Below, piece after piece: positions 1 to 13,421 of a stretch of DNA of 64,000 nucleotides. Each line of letters starts with the position of its first letter. Within the stretch, counting starts at the first letter, position 1. The stretch is from assembly GCF_044704955.1 (NCBI RefSeq), contig NC_091979.1, positions 25,606,001 through 25,670,000 of the forward strand, read 5' to 3'. Source of the stretch: Pristiophorus japonicus (taxonomy: Eukaryota). The notes under the pieces are model-generated. The model saw nothing but the letters and a program-made list of their open reading frames with translations, did no database searches and had not been told where the DNA came from. A program made the translations under genes and the position numbers.

Positions 1-324
1 TTGTATTGTGCAAGGAGGAGGTCTGAATCCCTTACAATGCCTACTGATCTCAAAAGGCATTGAACCCATGATATTCCAACTTGGGCAGGAGTGCTGCCTT
101 GCGGATGTGAAAGGCCTATATACCAACATCACTAAAAAACAGATTATCTGGTCATTATCACATTACTGTTTGTAGGAGCTTGCTGTGCACGAATTGTCTG
201 CCGCGTTTCCCATTACAACAGTGACTACACTTCGAAAGTGCTTCATTGGCTGTAAAAGAGCTTTGGGACGTCCAGTGGTTGTGAAAGGCGCTATATAAAT
301 CCAAACCTTTCTTTACCCACTCAT

Positions 325-1040
325 CATCATAGGCATCATCATAGGCAGTCCCTCGAAATCGAGGAAGACTTGCTTCCACTCTAAAAGTGAGTTCTCAGGT
401 GGCTGTACAGTCCAATGCGACAATTACAGTCTCGGTCACAGGTGGGACAGACAGTGGTTGAAGGAAAGGATGGTTGGGGAGTCTGGTTTGCCGCACGCTC
501 CTTCCGCTGCCTGCGCTCGTTTTCTGCATGCTCTCAGTGATGAGACTCGAGGTGCTCAGCGCCCTCCCGGATGCTCTTCCTCTACTTTGGGCGGTCTTGA
601 GCCAGGGATTCCCAGGTGTCGGTGGGGATGTTGCACTTTATCAGGGAGGCTTTGAGGGTGTCCTTGAAACATTTCCTCAGCCCACCTGGGGCTCGCATGC
701 CATGTATGAGTTCTGAGTAGAGCGCCTGCTTAGGGAGTCTCGTGTCGAGCATGTGGACGATGTGGCCCGCCCAACGGAGCTGGTCGAGTGTGGTCAGTGC
801 TTCGATGCTGGCCTGAGCGAGACCACTGGCGTTGGTGCAGCTATCCTTCCAATAGATTTGGAGGATCTTGCGGAGACATCGTTGGTGGTATTTCTCCAGC
901 GTTTTGGAGGTGTCTGCTGTATATGGTCCATGTCTCTGAGCCATACAGGAGGGCGGGTATCACTACAGCCCTGTAGACCATAAGCTTGGTGCCGGAATTG
1001 AGATCCTGGCCTTCAAACACTCTCTTCCTCAGGCAACCGT
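325..1040 (-). mobile_element. RTE-clade LINE 3' fragment
   Basis: LEKYHQRCLRKILQI...QLRWAGHIVHM...RLPKQALYSEL and an (ATG)n tail. Similar copy at 9405-9750. Confidence 0.88.
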
Positions 1041-1513
1041 CTATGATCTGTGTTCTATGTTCAGACTACTGCACTGTCGGAGGTGCCATCTTTCGGATGG
1101 GACGTTAAACCGAGGCCCTGTCTCTCCGCTCAGATGGACGTAAAATATCCGAGGACACTATTTCGAAGAGTAGGGCAGTTATCCCCGATGTCCTGGGGCC
1201 AATATTTATCCCTCAACCAACATAACAAAAACAGATTATCTGGCCATTATCACATTGCTGTGTGTGTGAGATTGCTGTGTGCAAACTGGCTGCCGCGTTT
1301 CCCCACATTACAACAGTGACTACACTCCAAAAAAAAAAGCCCACTTCAAAAGTGCTTTGGAGGCGTCCGGTGGCCGTGAACAGGCGCTATATAAACGCAG
1401 GTCGGCCTTTGCCCACTGGGCCGCGCCTGGCACCCGAGGCCTCGCCTTTCCCGCGGTCGGAAATAAAAACCCACGACGAACTGAGGCTGGACAATTCCCG
1501 CCCCGTGCCTTAC

Positions 1514-1700
1514 CCGCTGGCCGGGCTCGGGGCGGGCAGCGGGCCGCAGTCCCGGCCGCTCGCTGACATCCTGCCGCCGCCGCCTCGACCGCTGCTCCCC
1601 CGGTCTCCAGGGGCAACGCGAAACCTTCGCATTCGCACCAGCCCATTCGGCACAGATTCCGCCCGCCTCTCTTTGGCCCTGTCGATTAACACACGCGCAG
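1514..1700 (-). other. Probable first exon of a divergently transcribed gene (identity unknown)
   Basis: Unique CpG island at about 1400-1710. Minus-strand donor GCGG|GTAAGG at 1513 and aggATG at 1569 giving MSASGRDCGPLPAPSPAS. Confidence 0.5.
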
Positions 1701-2444
1701 TAACCGCAACTTAAAATTATTCTTATTTGTTTTAAAAAAAAAACGAATACATTATTGACTGAAAAATTAAAAAGTTTCAAATGACGAATCGGCGGCGTGT
1801 ATTGTAAAACCCCAATTTTGTTCAAACAACTTGCACTGAAAGTTGGCAATCAGGAGAGGTTATTGTTCCACATTGGTGATTGCAATGATCAGGGTTTTTT
1901 TTTTGTTAGATTAACTCATTTATAATATTGGAATTAAAGTTTAGCCAAAATAATTGAAAAAAAAACACAGATTACCTGGTCATTATCTCATTGCTTTTGG
2001 CGGGAACTTGCTGTGCCACAATTTTGGCTGCGGTGATTTTTTTTTACATTACGACAGTGACTGCACTTTAGAAAAGGATTTAATTGGCTGTAAAGCGCTC
2101 TGAGCCGTCCTGAGGTCGTGAAAGGTGCTATATAACTGGAAGTTATTTTCATAGAATCATAGAATGATACAGGACAGAAGGAGGCCATTGTCTCTGTGCC
2201 AGCTCTTTGAAAGCCCTATCCAGTTAGTCCCACTGCCCTGCTCTTTCCCCATTGCCCTACAATTTTTTTTCCGCCTCAAGTATTCATTCCAATTCCCAAT
2301 TGGCCATTTGTAATTTGCTTAAAAGAATATTAGTCATATTATTTTGATGTTTATTATTTTAGATAACTTTTTAAAATGTGAAATTTTAGTACTGTTGGTG
2401 TAATTGAAAAGAGGAAATTTTGACGTGAGGTAGGTCGTAAGTAG

Positions 2445-3740
2445 TGTCAGCCATGGCTCAGTGGGTAGCACTCTCTCGGAATCAGACATTTGTTGGTTCA
2501 AGCTCCACTCGAGAGACTTGCAGAACATAATCTAGGCTAACACTCCCACTGCAGTACTGAGGGAGTGCTGAACTGTAAGCGGTGCCATCTTTCGGCTGAA
2601 CTGTTAAACCGAGGCCCTCTCAGATGGACATAAAAGATCCCCTGGCACTATAAAGAAGAGCAGGGGAGTTCTTCCTCCCCCCCCCCCTAGGTGTTCTGAC
2701 CAATATTTATCCCTCAACCACCATCACTAAAAAACATAATCAGGTCATTATCACATTGCTGTTACTTGGAGCTTGATGTGCACACAAATCTTGGCAGCCA
2801 TTTTTTGTAAAAGAAAAACTTGCATTTATATAGTGCCTTTCATGACCACTTGTCCTCCCAAAGTGCTTTGCAACCAAGTGTAGTCACTGTTGTAATGTAG
2901 GAAACGTGGCAGTCAAATTGCACAGCAAGCTCCTACAAACAGCAATGAGATAATGACCAGATAATCCGCTTTTATTGTGATGTTGCTTGAGGGATAAATA
3001 TTGGCCCAGGACACCTTGGAGAACTTCCCTGCTTTCTTCAAAATGCCATGGGATCTTTTACGTCCACCTGAGAGAGTAGACCGGGAGACGGTTTAACATC
3101 TCATCCAAAAGATGGCAACTCCGACAGTGCAGCACTCCCTCAGCACTGCACTGGGAGCGTCAGCCTAGATTTTTGTGCTCAAGAGGCAAGGGTGTTACCC
3201 ACTGAGCCATGGCTGACTTTACAACAGTGACTATAATTAAAAAAGTAAATTTCATTGGCTGTAAAGCGTTTTGGGACACCCTGAGGTCTATATAAAGGCA
3301 TGTTCTTTCTTTAAATTAAAAAATAGAAATTATACAGTGCCATTAAACGATTGTGGTTGTGGGTTCAAGTCACACTCCAGGACTAGAGCGCAAAAATCTA
3401 GGTTGACTCTTCAGTGCAGTGCCGAGGGAGCACTGCACTGCCTTTCACGATCAGTGGACGTCTCAAAGTGCTTTGCAGCCACAGAAAAGAGCCCATGGTA
3501 CTATTTCGAAGAAAAACAGGGGAGTTATCGCCAGTGCCTTGGGCCAATATTTATCCCTCAACCACCATCGTTCAAAACTGATGATCTGGTCATCATCACC
3601 TTGCTGGCTGTGGGAGTTTGCTGTGCGCCAATTGGCTGCTGTGTTTCCTACATTGCAAAAGTGACTGCAGTTTAAAAAGTATTTCATTGGTTGTAAAGTT
3701 TGGGACGTCATGAGGTCTATATAAATGCAAGTTTCTTTCT
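2445..3740. mobile_element. Cluster of tRNA-derived Deu-domain SINEs (SacSINE1-like)
   Basis: tRNA head TGGCTCAGTGG...GGTTCAAG, Deu core GGTGCC.TCTTTCGG.TGA..GTTAAACCGAGG and L2-like tail GCTATATAAATGCAAG. Copies at about 2445-2800 (+), 2815-3217 (-), 3350-3740 (+). Confidence 0.8.
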
Positions 3741-3741
3741 T

Positions 3742-3887
3742 TAAATTAAACAGTATAAATTTAACAATGGCATTAAACAGGATAAATTAAACACTGCCAT
3801 TAAACAGTGTCAATTAAACAGTCCATTAAACAGTGTAAATTAAAGACTGCCATTAAACAGTATAAATGAAATAGTGCCATTAAACTA
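3742..3887 (+). repeat. AT-rich minisatellite built from ATTAAACA subunits (about 13/26-bp period)
   Basis: GCCATTAAACAGTRTAAATTAAACA repeated 5-6 times. Confidence 0.8.
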
Positions 3888-3894
3888 CATTGTG

Positions 3895-3990
3895 GGACGC
3901 TCTGGTCACGTGAGGTGGGGTGCCGCCGCCCAGGCCGGCCTCACGTGACGTCTGCGCGACGCCGGCGTGCGTCAAAGAGGCGTGGCCAAA

Positions 3991-4021
<31 letters not shown>

Positions 4022-4330
4022 CACAGGCTGACAATCGTGAAGCTGATGGACGTGCGGGGCGGACCAATCAGAAACGGGAGCGCCTCCGCGTGGGGTCACA
4101 GGCGCCCGCCAATCAGGACAGGAGGCCGGGCAAAGGCGGCGGGGCTTGGGTCTTTGTCCCGCCCTGCCGCCCGCCCGCCTCGCTGAGCCGTCAAGTTTGG
4201 CCGGGCGGCGATTGAGGAGGGAAGAGTGGGGGACCGGGAGCGCGGGGGTTAAAGTGGTGTGAGTGTGAGTTGCTGCCGTCGCCGCCGCCGTCGCGGGGCG
4301 GGCGTCCGTCCGTCCGACGGTCGGTCGAGG
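3895..4330 (+). promoter_or_regulatory. EAF2 CpG-island promoter and 5' UTR
   Basis: GC/CpG-rich; E-boxes CACGTG at 3907-3912 and 3942-3947 (TCACGTGA context); CCAAT at 4064 and 4109; GC boxes; (AG)n at about 3990-4020. Confidence 0.85.
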
Positions 4331-4433
4331 ATGAACGGGGGAACTCTCTCGCAGTTTGACAGCAAGGAGCACGTTTTGAAGCTGGGCGGCAGTTTCGACC
4401 GGCAGCCCAAGTGCGGCTTCCACACGATCAGAT
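4331..4433 (+). CDS. EAF2: ELL-associated factor 2, coding exon 1
   Basis: ATG at 4331 (aggATG) gives MNGGTLSQFDSKEHVLKLGGSFDRQPKCGFHTIR, matching the EAF N-terminus. Donor T|GTGAGT at 4434; 103 nt, phase 1. Confidence 0.95.
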
Positions 4434-5099
4434 GTGAGTGGAGTTGTTGTTGTTGTTGTTGTTGTAGGAGCAGCAGCAGCAGCGCCCCCCAGCCGTGGGA
4501 GGAGTGAAGTGCAGGGGAAGGGGGTGAAGCCCCCCAATGGGCAAGGTTGGTTGAGCAGGAGGTCCCTGGCACCATAGGGGCAGGTCCAGGTCCAGAACCA
4601 GGGGTTCACAGTCTAAGGATAAGGGGTAGGCCATTTAGGACCGAGTTGAGGAGAAACTTCTTCACCCAGAGTAGTTGTTAACCTGTGGAATTCCCTACCG
4701 CAGAGAGCTGTTCATTGGGATAGATTCAAGAGAGAGTTAGATGTGGCCCTTGCAGCTGAAGGGATCAAGGGGTATGGAGAGAAAGCACGAACGGGGTACC
4801 AAGGTGATGATCAGCCCATGATCTTATTTGAATGGCCTACTCCTGCACCTACTTTCTATGTTTCCAACCTGTTCCGTCATTCAATGAGATCACGGCTGGA
4901 TCTGCCACCACCAAAGGGGGAATTTCTAATCCTGAGGGTCGTAAATCTGTGGAATTTTCTGCCCCCAGAGAGCTGTGTAAGGCTGGGCCATTGAATATAT
5001 TTTAAGGCGGAGATGGATCGTTGAGCAATTTTAAGGGAATCCAGGGTTTATGGGGAGTGGGCAGGGAAGTGGAGCTGAGCCCAAGATCAGATCAGCCAT

Positions 5100-5585
5100 T
5101 ATCATCATCGTCATTGTCATAGGCAGTCCCTTGAAATTGAGGAAGACTTGCTTCCACTCCAAAAGTGAGTTCTTGGGTAACTGTACAGTCCAGTACGGGA
5201 ATTACAGTCTCTGTCACAGGTGGGACAGACAGTGGTTGAAGGAAAGGGTGGGTGGGACTGGTTTGCCGCACGCTCCTTCCGCTGCCCGCGCTTACTTTCT
5301 GCGTGCTCTCGGCGACGAGACTCGAGGTGCTCAGCGCCAGGGACTCCCAGGTGTCGGTGGGGATGTTGCACTTTATCAAGGAGGTTTTGAGGGTGTCCTT
5401 GACGTGTTTCCTCTGCCCACCTGGGGCTCGCTTGCTGTGTAGGAGTTCCGAGTAGCGCGCTTGCTTTCGTAGTCTTGTGTTGGGCATGTGAACAATGTGG
5501 CCCGCCCAATGGAGCTTGTCAAGTGTGGTCAGTGCTTCGATGCTGGGGATGTTGGCCTGATAGAGAACACTGACATTGGTGCATC
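5100..5585 (-). mobile_element. RTE-clade LINE 3' fragment
   Basis: GGQRKHVKDTLK and the C-terminal CPTCDRDC..RTGLYS zinc finger. Confidence 0.87.
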
Positions 5586-5689
5586 CATGACCTTATTGAA
5601 TGGCGGAGTAGGCTCGAGGGGGGCCAAATGCATGACTACTGCTCCTATTTCTTATGTTCTTGTGTGTGTATATATATATATAGGTGTGT

Positions 5690-6160
5690 GTGTCAGCTAG
5701 TGGCTCAGTGCATAGCACTCTCTCGCCTCTCAATCCGAAGGTTGTGGGTTCAACTCCCACCCCCAGAGACTTTCGTGCAAAAATCCAGGCTGGCACTCTA
5801 GTGTAGGGCTGCACTGGTCGGAGGTGCCATCTTTCGGTTGAGGTGTCAAACCAAGGCCTCGTCTGCCCTCTTGGGTGGACGTAAAAGAACCCACTGCACC
5901 ATTTCGAGAGAAGAGCAGGGGAATTCTCTCCGGTGCCCTGGCCAATTTTATCCCTCAATCAACATCTCTTTTTTTTTTTTCCCCCCTCCCCAAAAAAGCA
6001 GATTATTTGGTTATCACATTGCTGTTTGTGGGAGCTTGCTGAGTGCAAAATAGCTGCCGCGTTTCCTACGTGGCTAGACTCCCAGTAGTATTTCATTGGC
6101 TGTAAAGTGCTTTGGGATGTCTGGTGGTCGTGACAGGCGCTATATAAATGCAATCTTTTT
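5690..6160 (+). mobile_element. Deu-domain tRNA-SINE, near full length
   Basis: Head, core and tail as above. Other copies at 1065-1400, 17140-17845 (-, split by a CR1 end), 48035-48475 (-) and 58222-58580 (-). Confidence 0.82.
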
Positions 6161-6179
6161 TTCTTTTCGTATATCTGCA

Positions 6180-7140
6180 TTTGGCCCAAACGCCTCAATA
6201 CCTTTTTGGTTGAAAAATATCTATCAAATCTCGGATTTTAATTTAAACAATCGAGCATCAAGTGCCGTTTGCAAGAGAGTTCCAAACTGCTACCACCCTT
6301 TGTAGGAGTGGTTCCTAATCGCACTCCTGAAAGATCTGGCTCTAATTTTTAGGCTATACCCCCCTAGTCCTAGATTTTCTAACCAACAAAAATAATTTCT
6401 CTCTATCGACCCTATCTGTTCCCCTTAATATCTTGAAAACTTCGATCAGATCACCCCTTATCCTTATAAATTCTAGGGAATGCAATCCTAATTTGTTTAA
6501 TCTCTCCTTGTAATTTAACCCTTGAAGTCCGGGTATCCTTCTGGTAAACCTACGCTGCACTCCTTCTAAGGCCAATATATCCTTCCTACAGTGTGGTGCC
6601 CAGAACTGCTCATTGTACTCCAGGTGTGGTCTAACCAGGGTTTTGTATAACTGCAGCATAACTTGTTTTCTAGTTCCATAGATATAAAGCCAGAATTCTG
6701 TTAGCCTTTTTGACTTGGAGAAGTGGAAGAAGTACTTTGGTACACAATAACATAAGAATTAGCAGGGGTAGGCCTTGCGGCCCCTTGAGCCTGCTCTGCC
6801 ATTCAAAGAGATCATCCCCATATCCTTTGATTTCCCCAGAGTACAAAATCTGTGATTTCCCCAGAGCACAAGATCTATCCGTCTCAACCTTGAATATACC
6901 CAACGATTCAGCATCCACAGTTCTCTGAGGCAGAGAATTCCAAAGATTCACAACCCTCTGAGTGAAGAAATTCCTCCTCATCTGTGTCTTAAATGGCCGA
7001 CCCCTTATCCTGAGACTCTGCCCCCTAATTCTAGACTCTCCAGCCAGGGGGAACCAACCTCTCAGCATTTACCCCCCCCCCCCCCTCAGAATCATATCAT
7101 GAGATCACCTCTCATTCTTCTAAACTCCAGAGAGTATAGG
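6180..7140 (-). mobile_element. Two CR1 3' fragments
   Basis: ORFs 6354-6659 and 6670-7068 give RPHLEY and FFTQRVVNLWN. Confidence 0.85.
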
Positions 7141-7800
7141 GTAGGGGAGGAGGAACGAAGGTCAGGGGGAAACATTTGGATGAGAATGATGACAGAAGAA
7201 TAGGGAAGGAGGTTTGAAGATCAGGGAGAAGCACTTGGATGAGGAATGGTGAAGGAAGAATAGAAAGAAGCATTTGTATGAGGAGGAGGAGGAGGCATGG
7301 AATAAGTAAGGAGGAATAAAGAAGAATGAAGGAGTTGGAGGAATGGTGATTAGGGAGAAGCACATGAGTCTGAGAAACACTCCTGTGAAGCGCCTTGAGA
7401 CATTTCACTACATTAAAGGCGCTATATAAATACAAGTTGCTGTTGAAAGAGGAGGCAGGGCTTTGAGGCGAAATGGAGAGCGGAAGGAATAATGAAGAAC
7501 TTGGATGAAGATTGAGCAGCAGGAACGTGGGAGCGGGACCTTTTTTTTGAGAGGAGGAATGGAGAAGAAGGAAAAGGACTTGGATAGAAAATAGATGCAG
7601 GAGTCGGCCATTTGGCCCTTCGAGCCTGCACCGCCATTCAATGAGTTCATGGCTGAACATGCAACTTCAGTACCCCATTTCTGCTTTGGAGAGGGAAAAG
7701 AGGAGGAGGACTGGAGAAGGAAGGAGGACTTGTGGGGGGAGGCAGAGTAAGAGGTAACGGAGGAATGAGGAACAGAAGGAAGGGGAAAGGAAATTAGGAG
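7140..7800 (+). repeat. Purine-rich low-complexity tract with embedded L2 tail and CR1 end
   Basis: GGA/GAA-rich sequence. Confidence 0.7.
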
Positions 7801-8019
7801 AGCACTGAGATTGTTGAGTGCATCCTGGTTTCAACTGTCCGTATCGGGTGGCTGACTCATATCCTCTGGCACTTTGTTTGCTTTAAGAATGAGTTGAGTA
7901 ATTAAAATACTGGATGTACGTGCTCTACATGATTGCTCAGTGGATAAATGTAATGGGACTGACCTGCAAACAGACCAGCAGAGCTCCAAGCATGATCCTG
8001 ATCTCTGCTTAGCCCATCA

Positions 8020-8750
8020 GATTACAAAGTGCTGTAGCACAGAGGGATCTGGGGGTTCTTGTACATGAAACGCAAAAAGTTAGTGTGCAGGTATAGCAAA
8101 TAATCAGGAAGGCAAATGGAATGTTGGCCTTTATTGCAAAGGGGATGGAGTATAAAAGTAGGGAAGTCTTGCTACAACTGTACAGGGTATTGGTGAGGTC
8201 ACACCTGGAGTACTGCATACAGTTTTGGTCTCTGTATTTAAGGAGGGATATACTTGCATTGGAGGCAGTTCAGAGAAGGTTCATAAGGTTGATTCCTGAG
8301 ATGAAGGAGTTGTAATATGAAGAAAGGTTGGGCCTATACTCCTTGGAGTTTAGAAGAATGAGAGATGATGTTGAAACATAAGATTCTGAAGAGGCTTGAC
8401 AGGGTAGATGCAGAGAGGATGTTCTCCCTCGTGGGGGAATCTAGAACTAGGGGGTACAGTCTCAGAATAAGGGACTGCCCATTTAAAACTGAGATGAGGA
8501 GGTATTTCTTCTGAGGGTTGTAAATCTATGCAATTCTCTACCCCAGAGAGCTGTGGAGGCTGGGTCATTGAATATATTTAAGGTGGAGATAGACAAATTT
8601 TTGAATGATAGGGGAGTCAAGGGTTATGGGGAGCAGGCAGGAAAGTGGAGCTGAGTCCATGATCAGATCAGCCATGATCGTATTGAATGGCGGAGCAGGC
8701 TTGAGGGGCCAAATGGCCAACTCCTGCTCCTATTTCTTATGTTCTTATCT
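8020..8750 (+). mobile_element. CR1 3' fragment
   Basis: MLAFIAKGMEYKSREVLLQLY and TTCTTATG tail. Confidence 0.87.
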
Positions 8751-10539
8751 CAGCTAGAGCAGCCATAAGGGTATTATAGTTGGGCTCAGAGCCCAGGCTT
8801 AGGGGGAGGAGTCCTTCTCCGAATGACTTGCTGTTCAGTGTGGCCTTTCAGAAAATACTCCTTGTGGCAAATGTCCTTGGGTAATTGCTGTCTTGTAACC
8901 CCCCCTTCCCCCGCTCCCGAGATCTCTGAGCTCCTCTCATTCCGCCCTCTTGAACATCCCCGATTTTAATCGCTCCATTGTTGGCAGCCCTGCCTTCAGC
9001 TGCCTCGGGCACTAAGCTCTGGAACTCCCTCCCTAAACCTCTCCGCCTCTCTCCTCCTTTTTAAGACGCTTTTTAAAAGCTATCTCTCTTTCACTAATAT
9101 CTCCTTTATGTGGCTCAGTGTCAAATTGTGTTTTATAACGCGCCTGTGGAAATGCTTTGGGGCGTTTCACTACGTTAAAGGCGCTATATAAATGCAAGTT
9201 GTTGTTGTTGTAATTCAATAAGATGTACCCACTATGCTCAAAATGCTGCACAAAATTAATCCAAGTCCCCCCCACCACAAACGTCAGTCTAATGATGAAT
9301 AATTGATCTAATTCAGTGATGCAGGAGCTGATAGGGACTTAACAAAAAAATGACACTGATACCTGTGGTTAGATTAGGACAAGTGGCTGTGTACTTCTCC
9401 TCTTAGGCAGTCCCTCGGAGTCGAGAATGACTTGCTTCCACACTAAATATGAGTTCTCAGGTGACTGAGACCGATGCGGGACCTACAGTCTCTGTCTCAG
9501 GTGGGGCAGACGGTGGTTGGAGGGGCGGGTGGGTGGGGAGCCCAGTTTGCTGCTCACTCCTTCCGCTGTTTGTGCTTGGCTTCTGCGTGCTCCCGACGAA
9601 GAGACTCGAGGTGTTCGGCGCCCTCCCGGATGCTCTTCCTCCACTTTGAGCGGTCTTGGGCCAGGGACTCCCAGATGTCGGTGGACTTTTTCAAGGTGGC
9701 TGTGAGGGTGTCCTTGAAGCGTTTCCTCTGCCCACCTGGGACTTGCTTGCGGTCCACCGGCAGTCTGACGATCACGTTATCCAGGATACTGTCAAATTAT
9801 AGCCTTGTGGCAGAAACTGATTTTGCTCAAGTGGCTCGTTTCAAACTGGCTTCTTGTCTTATTGAATTCGGGGTGGGGGGGGCGGGGAAGAGAGAGAGAG
9901 AGAGAGAGAGTGGGGGAAATGTGCCTCCTCCAGACTGAGTTTTGCCCTCTGTGCGACTCTAGCACACGATGCCAGCTGAGGCTCGGGACTGGCTCACGCG
10001 GAGCCATGTGTCGAATCGATTTCCGGGCGAACAGGAGCTGGATCCGAGGTAGCTTCAGAGAACACGGCTCGAGGGGACTGTGGAGTCACGGGACCGTTTT
10101 CAAACTAAATTTGCCACCAAGGCACATTAGGACTCAAAAGGGAGTTAGATGTGGCCCTTACGGCTAAAGGGATCAAGGGGTATGGAGAGAAAGCAGGAAT
10201 GGGATTCTGAAGTTGCATGATCAGCCATGATCATATTGGACGGTGGTGCAGGCTCGAAGGGCTGAATGGCCTACTCCTGCACCTATTTTCTATGTTTCTA
10301 TTGGTCAAGTAGGTAGGTTTTAAGGAGCATCTTAAATCTGGAGAGAGAGGTGGAAAGATTTAAGAAAGAAAGACTTGGATTTATATAGCGCCTTTCACGA
10401 CCAGCGGGCGTCTCAAAGTGCTTTACAGTCAATGAAGTTCTTTTGGAGTGTAGTCACTGTTGTAATGTGGGAAAGGGCGGGAATTCCAGAACTTGGGGCC
10501 TAGGCAGCTGAAGGCATGGCCACCAATGGAGCGATTTCG

Positions 10540-11402
10540 GGTCGGCAGGCTGTAACTAGTGGGGTGCCGCAAGTATCAGCTATTCACAATCTGTAGGAAT
10601 GATTTGGATAAGGGGACCAAATGTAATATATCCAAGTTAGGTGGGAATGTAAGTTGTGAGGAAGATGCAAAGAGGCTTCAAGGGGATATAGACAGGCTAA
10701 GTGAGTGGGCAAGAACATGGCAAATGGAATATAATGTGAAGTTATCCACTTTGGTAGGAAAAATAGAGCGATTGGGAAATGTTGGAGTTCAGAGAGATCT
10801 GGGTGACCTTATACATGAATCACTGAAAGTTAACATGCAGGTACAGCAAGTAATTAAGAAAGCAAATGGTATGTTGACCTTTATTACAAGAGGATTTGAA
10901 TACAAGAGTAAAGACATCTTACTGTAATTATATAGGGCCCTGGGGAGACCGCACCTGGAGTATTGTGTAAGTTTTGGTCTTGCCTAAGGAAGGATATACT
11001 TGCCATAGAAGGTGTGCAACGAAGGCTCACCAATTTGATTCCTGGGATGGGAGGATTGTCATATGAGGACACATTGAGTAGACTAGGCCGATATTCTCTA
11101 GAGTTTAGAAGAATGAGAGGAGATCTCAATGAAATATACAAAATTCACAGTCTCAGAATAAAGGGTCGACCATTTAAGACCTGAGATGAGGTTAGTGAAT
11201 CTTTGGTATTCTCCACTCCAGAGAGCTGTGGATGCTGAGGCTTTGAACATAGTCAAGACTGAGATCGCTATATTTTTGGATATTAAGCGAATCAAGGGAT
11301 TTGGGGACAGTGCAGGAAAATGGAGTTGAGGTAGAAGATCAGCCATGATCTCATTGAATGCTCGCAGGGCAGAATGGCCTACTCCTGCTCCTAATTCTTG
11401 TG
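10540..11402 (+). mobile_element. Decayed CR1 3' fragment nested in an L2 fragment (about 10300-12100)
   Basis: RT C-terminal translation. Flanks on - give L2-type LHWLP...FKIL and WI...LQLNIGKT. Confidence 0.8.
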
Positions 11403-13421
11403 TCTGTTGCTTAAAATCAGGGACATACAATTGGAAGAGCACAGATATCTCGGGGGGGGTGGGGGCGGGGGTGGGGGGGCGGGGGGGCGGGCGGGCGGCG
11501 GGGGGGGGGGCGGGCGGGGCAAGGCCATGGAGGGGATTGAAACCAGGATGAGAATTTTAAAATCAAGGCATTGCTGGGCCGGGAGCCAATGCAGGTCGGT
11601 GAGCACAAGGGGTGATGGGTGAACGGGACTTGGTACGAGTTAGGATAAAGGCAGCAGAGTTTTGGATGAGCTCAAGGTTATGGAGAGTGAAAGATGAGAG
11701 GCCGGCGAGGAGAACTTTGGAATAGTCAGGTCGAGAGATAACAAAGGAATGGGTGAGGGTCTCAGCAGTAGATACGGTCGGGCAAGGGTGGAGCCAGGTG
11801 ATGTTACGGAGATGGAAGTAGGTGGTCTTGGTGATGCAGAGGATATGGGGTCAGAAGCTCATCTTGGGGTCAAATAAGATGCCAAAAAAGTTGCGAACGT
11901 TCTCGTTCAGCCTCGGACCTTTGCCGGAGAGAGGGATAGAGTCAGTGGCTCGAGAGCAGAGTTCGTTGCGGGGACCGAAGACGATAGTTTCGTCTTCCCA
12001 ATATTTAGTTGCAGGAATTTGTTGCTCGATCCAGGACTGGATGTCGGGCAAGCAGCGTGGCCAATCAAGAGGCAGCGGAGGGGTCGATAGAGGCGGTAGT
12101 GAGGTACAGCCGACAAGGTACAGTACTTTTAGGAGTGCAGTCACTGTTGTCACGTAGGAAGTGTGCAAATAACATTTTCCGGAATGGCTCAAGGCTTTCA
12201 ATGATACTTGGAAATGGACAAGTGAACTTGCAAAGTGGGAATTGAAACTTAGCAAAGTTGTGTGTGCATGCGTGTGCGTCGCATGATAAAACAGCAAGGT
12301 GGAGCCTTGGACAGCTGCAACAAGGTCAGATAACTCGGGAAGTTGATTTGAACGTAGGATCACGGAATGCAGCAGTGCAGAAATGAAGCGTTTGGCACAT
12401 CAAGCTTATGTTTCTCTTCACATGTGCCCCACCCCCGAGTCCAATCCCACCCTCCCGTTTGCTCCCCACAGAACCTTTTAATATTCTTTCATCGAGCAAC
12501 TTATCCAGTTCCCTGTGAATAGAATTTACAGGCTGTGCTTCAACAGAGGGGTGTGGCAGAAAATTCTACACTCAGCAACAACAAATTGCATTTATGTAGC
12601 ACCTTTTTAGTGTAGTAGAGCATCCCAAGGCCCTTCACAGGAGCGATTACCAAACAAAATTTGACACCGGGCCACATAAGAAGCACCTTGAGACGTTTTA
12701 CGATGTTAAAAGGTGCTATATAAATGAAAGTTGTTGTTGTTGTGATATTGGAAAAGGTAGGTTTTAAGGAGCGTCTTAAAGGGAGAGAGAGAGCTGGAGA
12801 GGTTTAGGGAGGGAATTCCAGAGCTTGGGGCCTTGGCAGTCTTGCGGGGGCAATGGGTGGGGGTAGTTGAGAAGAAGGAGGCATAGCATTAAAACTCGAG
12901 CTAGGCCTTTCCGAGGTGTCAGACAACGGATAATGGAAATCTAGAACTCTTTATAAGCGCACCCCCGCCCAAAAAAAGCTGTTGAGGCTGGGCGTCAATT
13001 GAAAATTTCAACGCCGAGATCTTTGTCGGGGAAGTGTATTAAGGGTTACAGAACCATGACGGATAGATGGAGTTAAGGTCTAGATTAGCCTTGATCTCAT
13101 TGAATGGCGGAGCAGGCTCGAGGGGCCGAATGACCCGCTCCTGCTCCTATTTCTTATGTTCTTACGTTTACCTTCCTAGCAGATTTGATTTCTCCTTGTT
13201 CTTTGCTTTGTACGAACACAAAAACCTGATGGTCCGGATTTAGATACTGGTTCCGTTGTTTGTTTGCATCCTTCTGAATGAAGTACACTGGGTATTGGCC
13301 AGCCAGTTGCAGTACCTATCAGCTGCCTCTACTTGGTGGTGGTTTGCTATATAAATCTGATAGTGGGTTCCTGATGCCCCCTAGTGCCGGAACCCATGAT
13401 TTCAGGCAACAAGCACAGAGT

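Noticed and set aside
2445-2520. tRNA-like A/B boxes (also about 5695, 30575, 54140)
   Set aside because: SINE heads continuing into SINE bodies; no complete cloverleaf.
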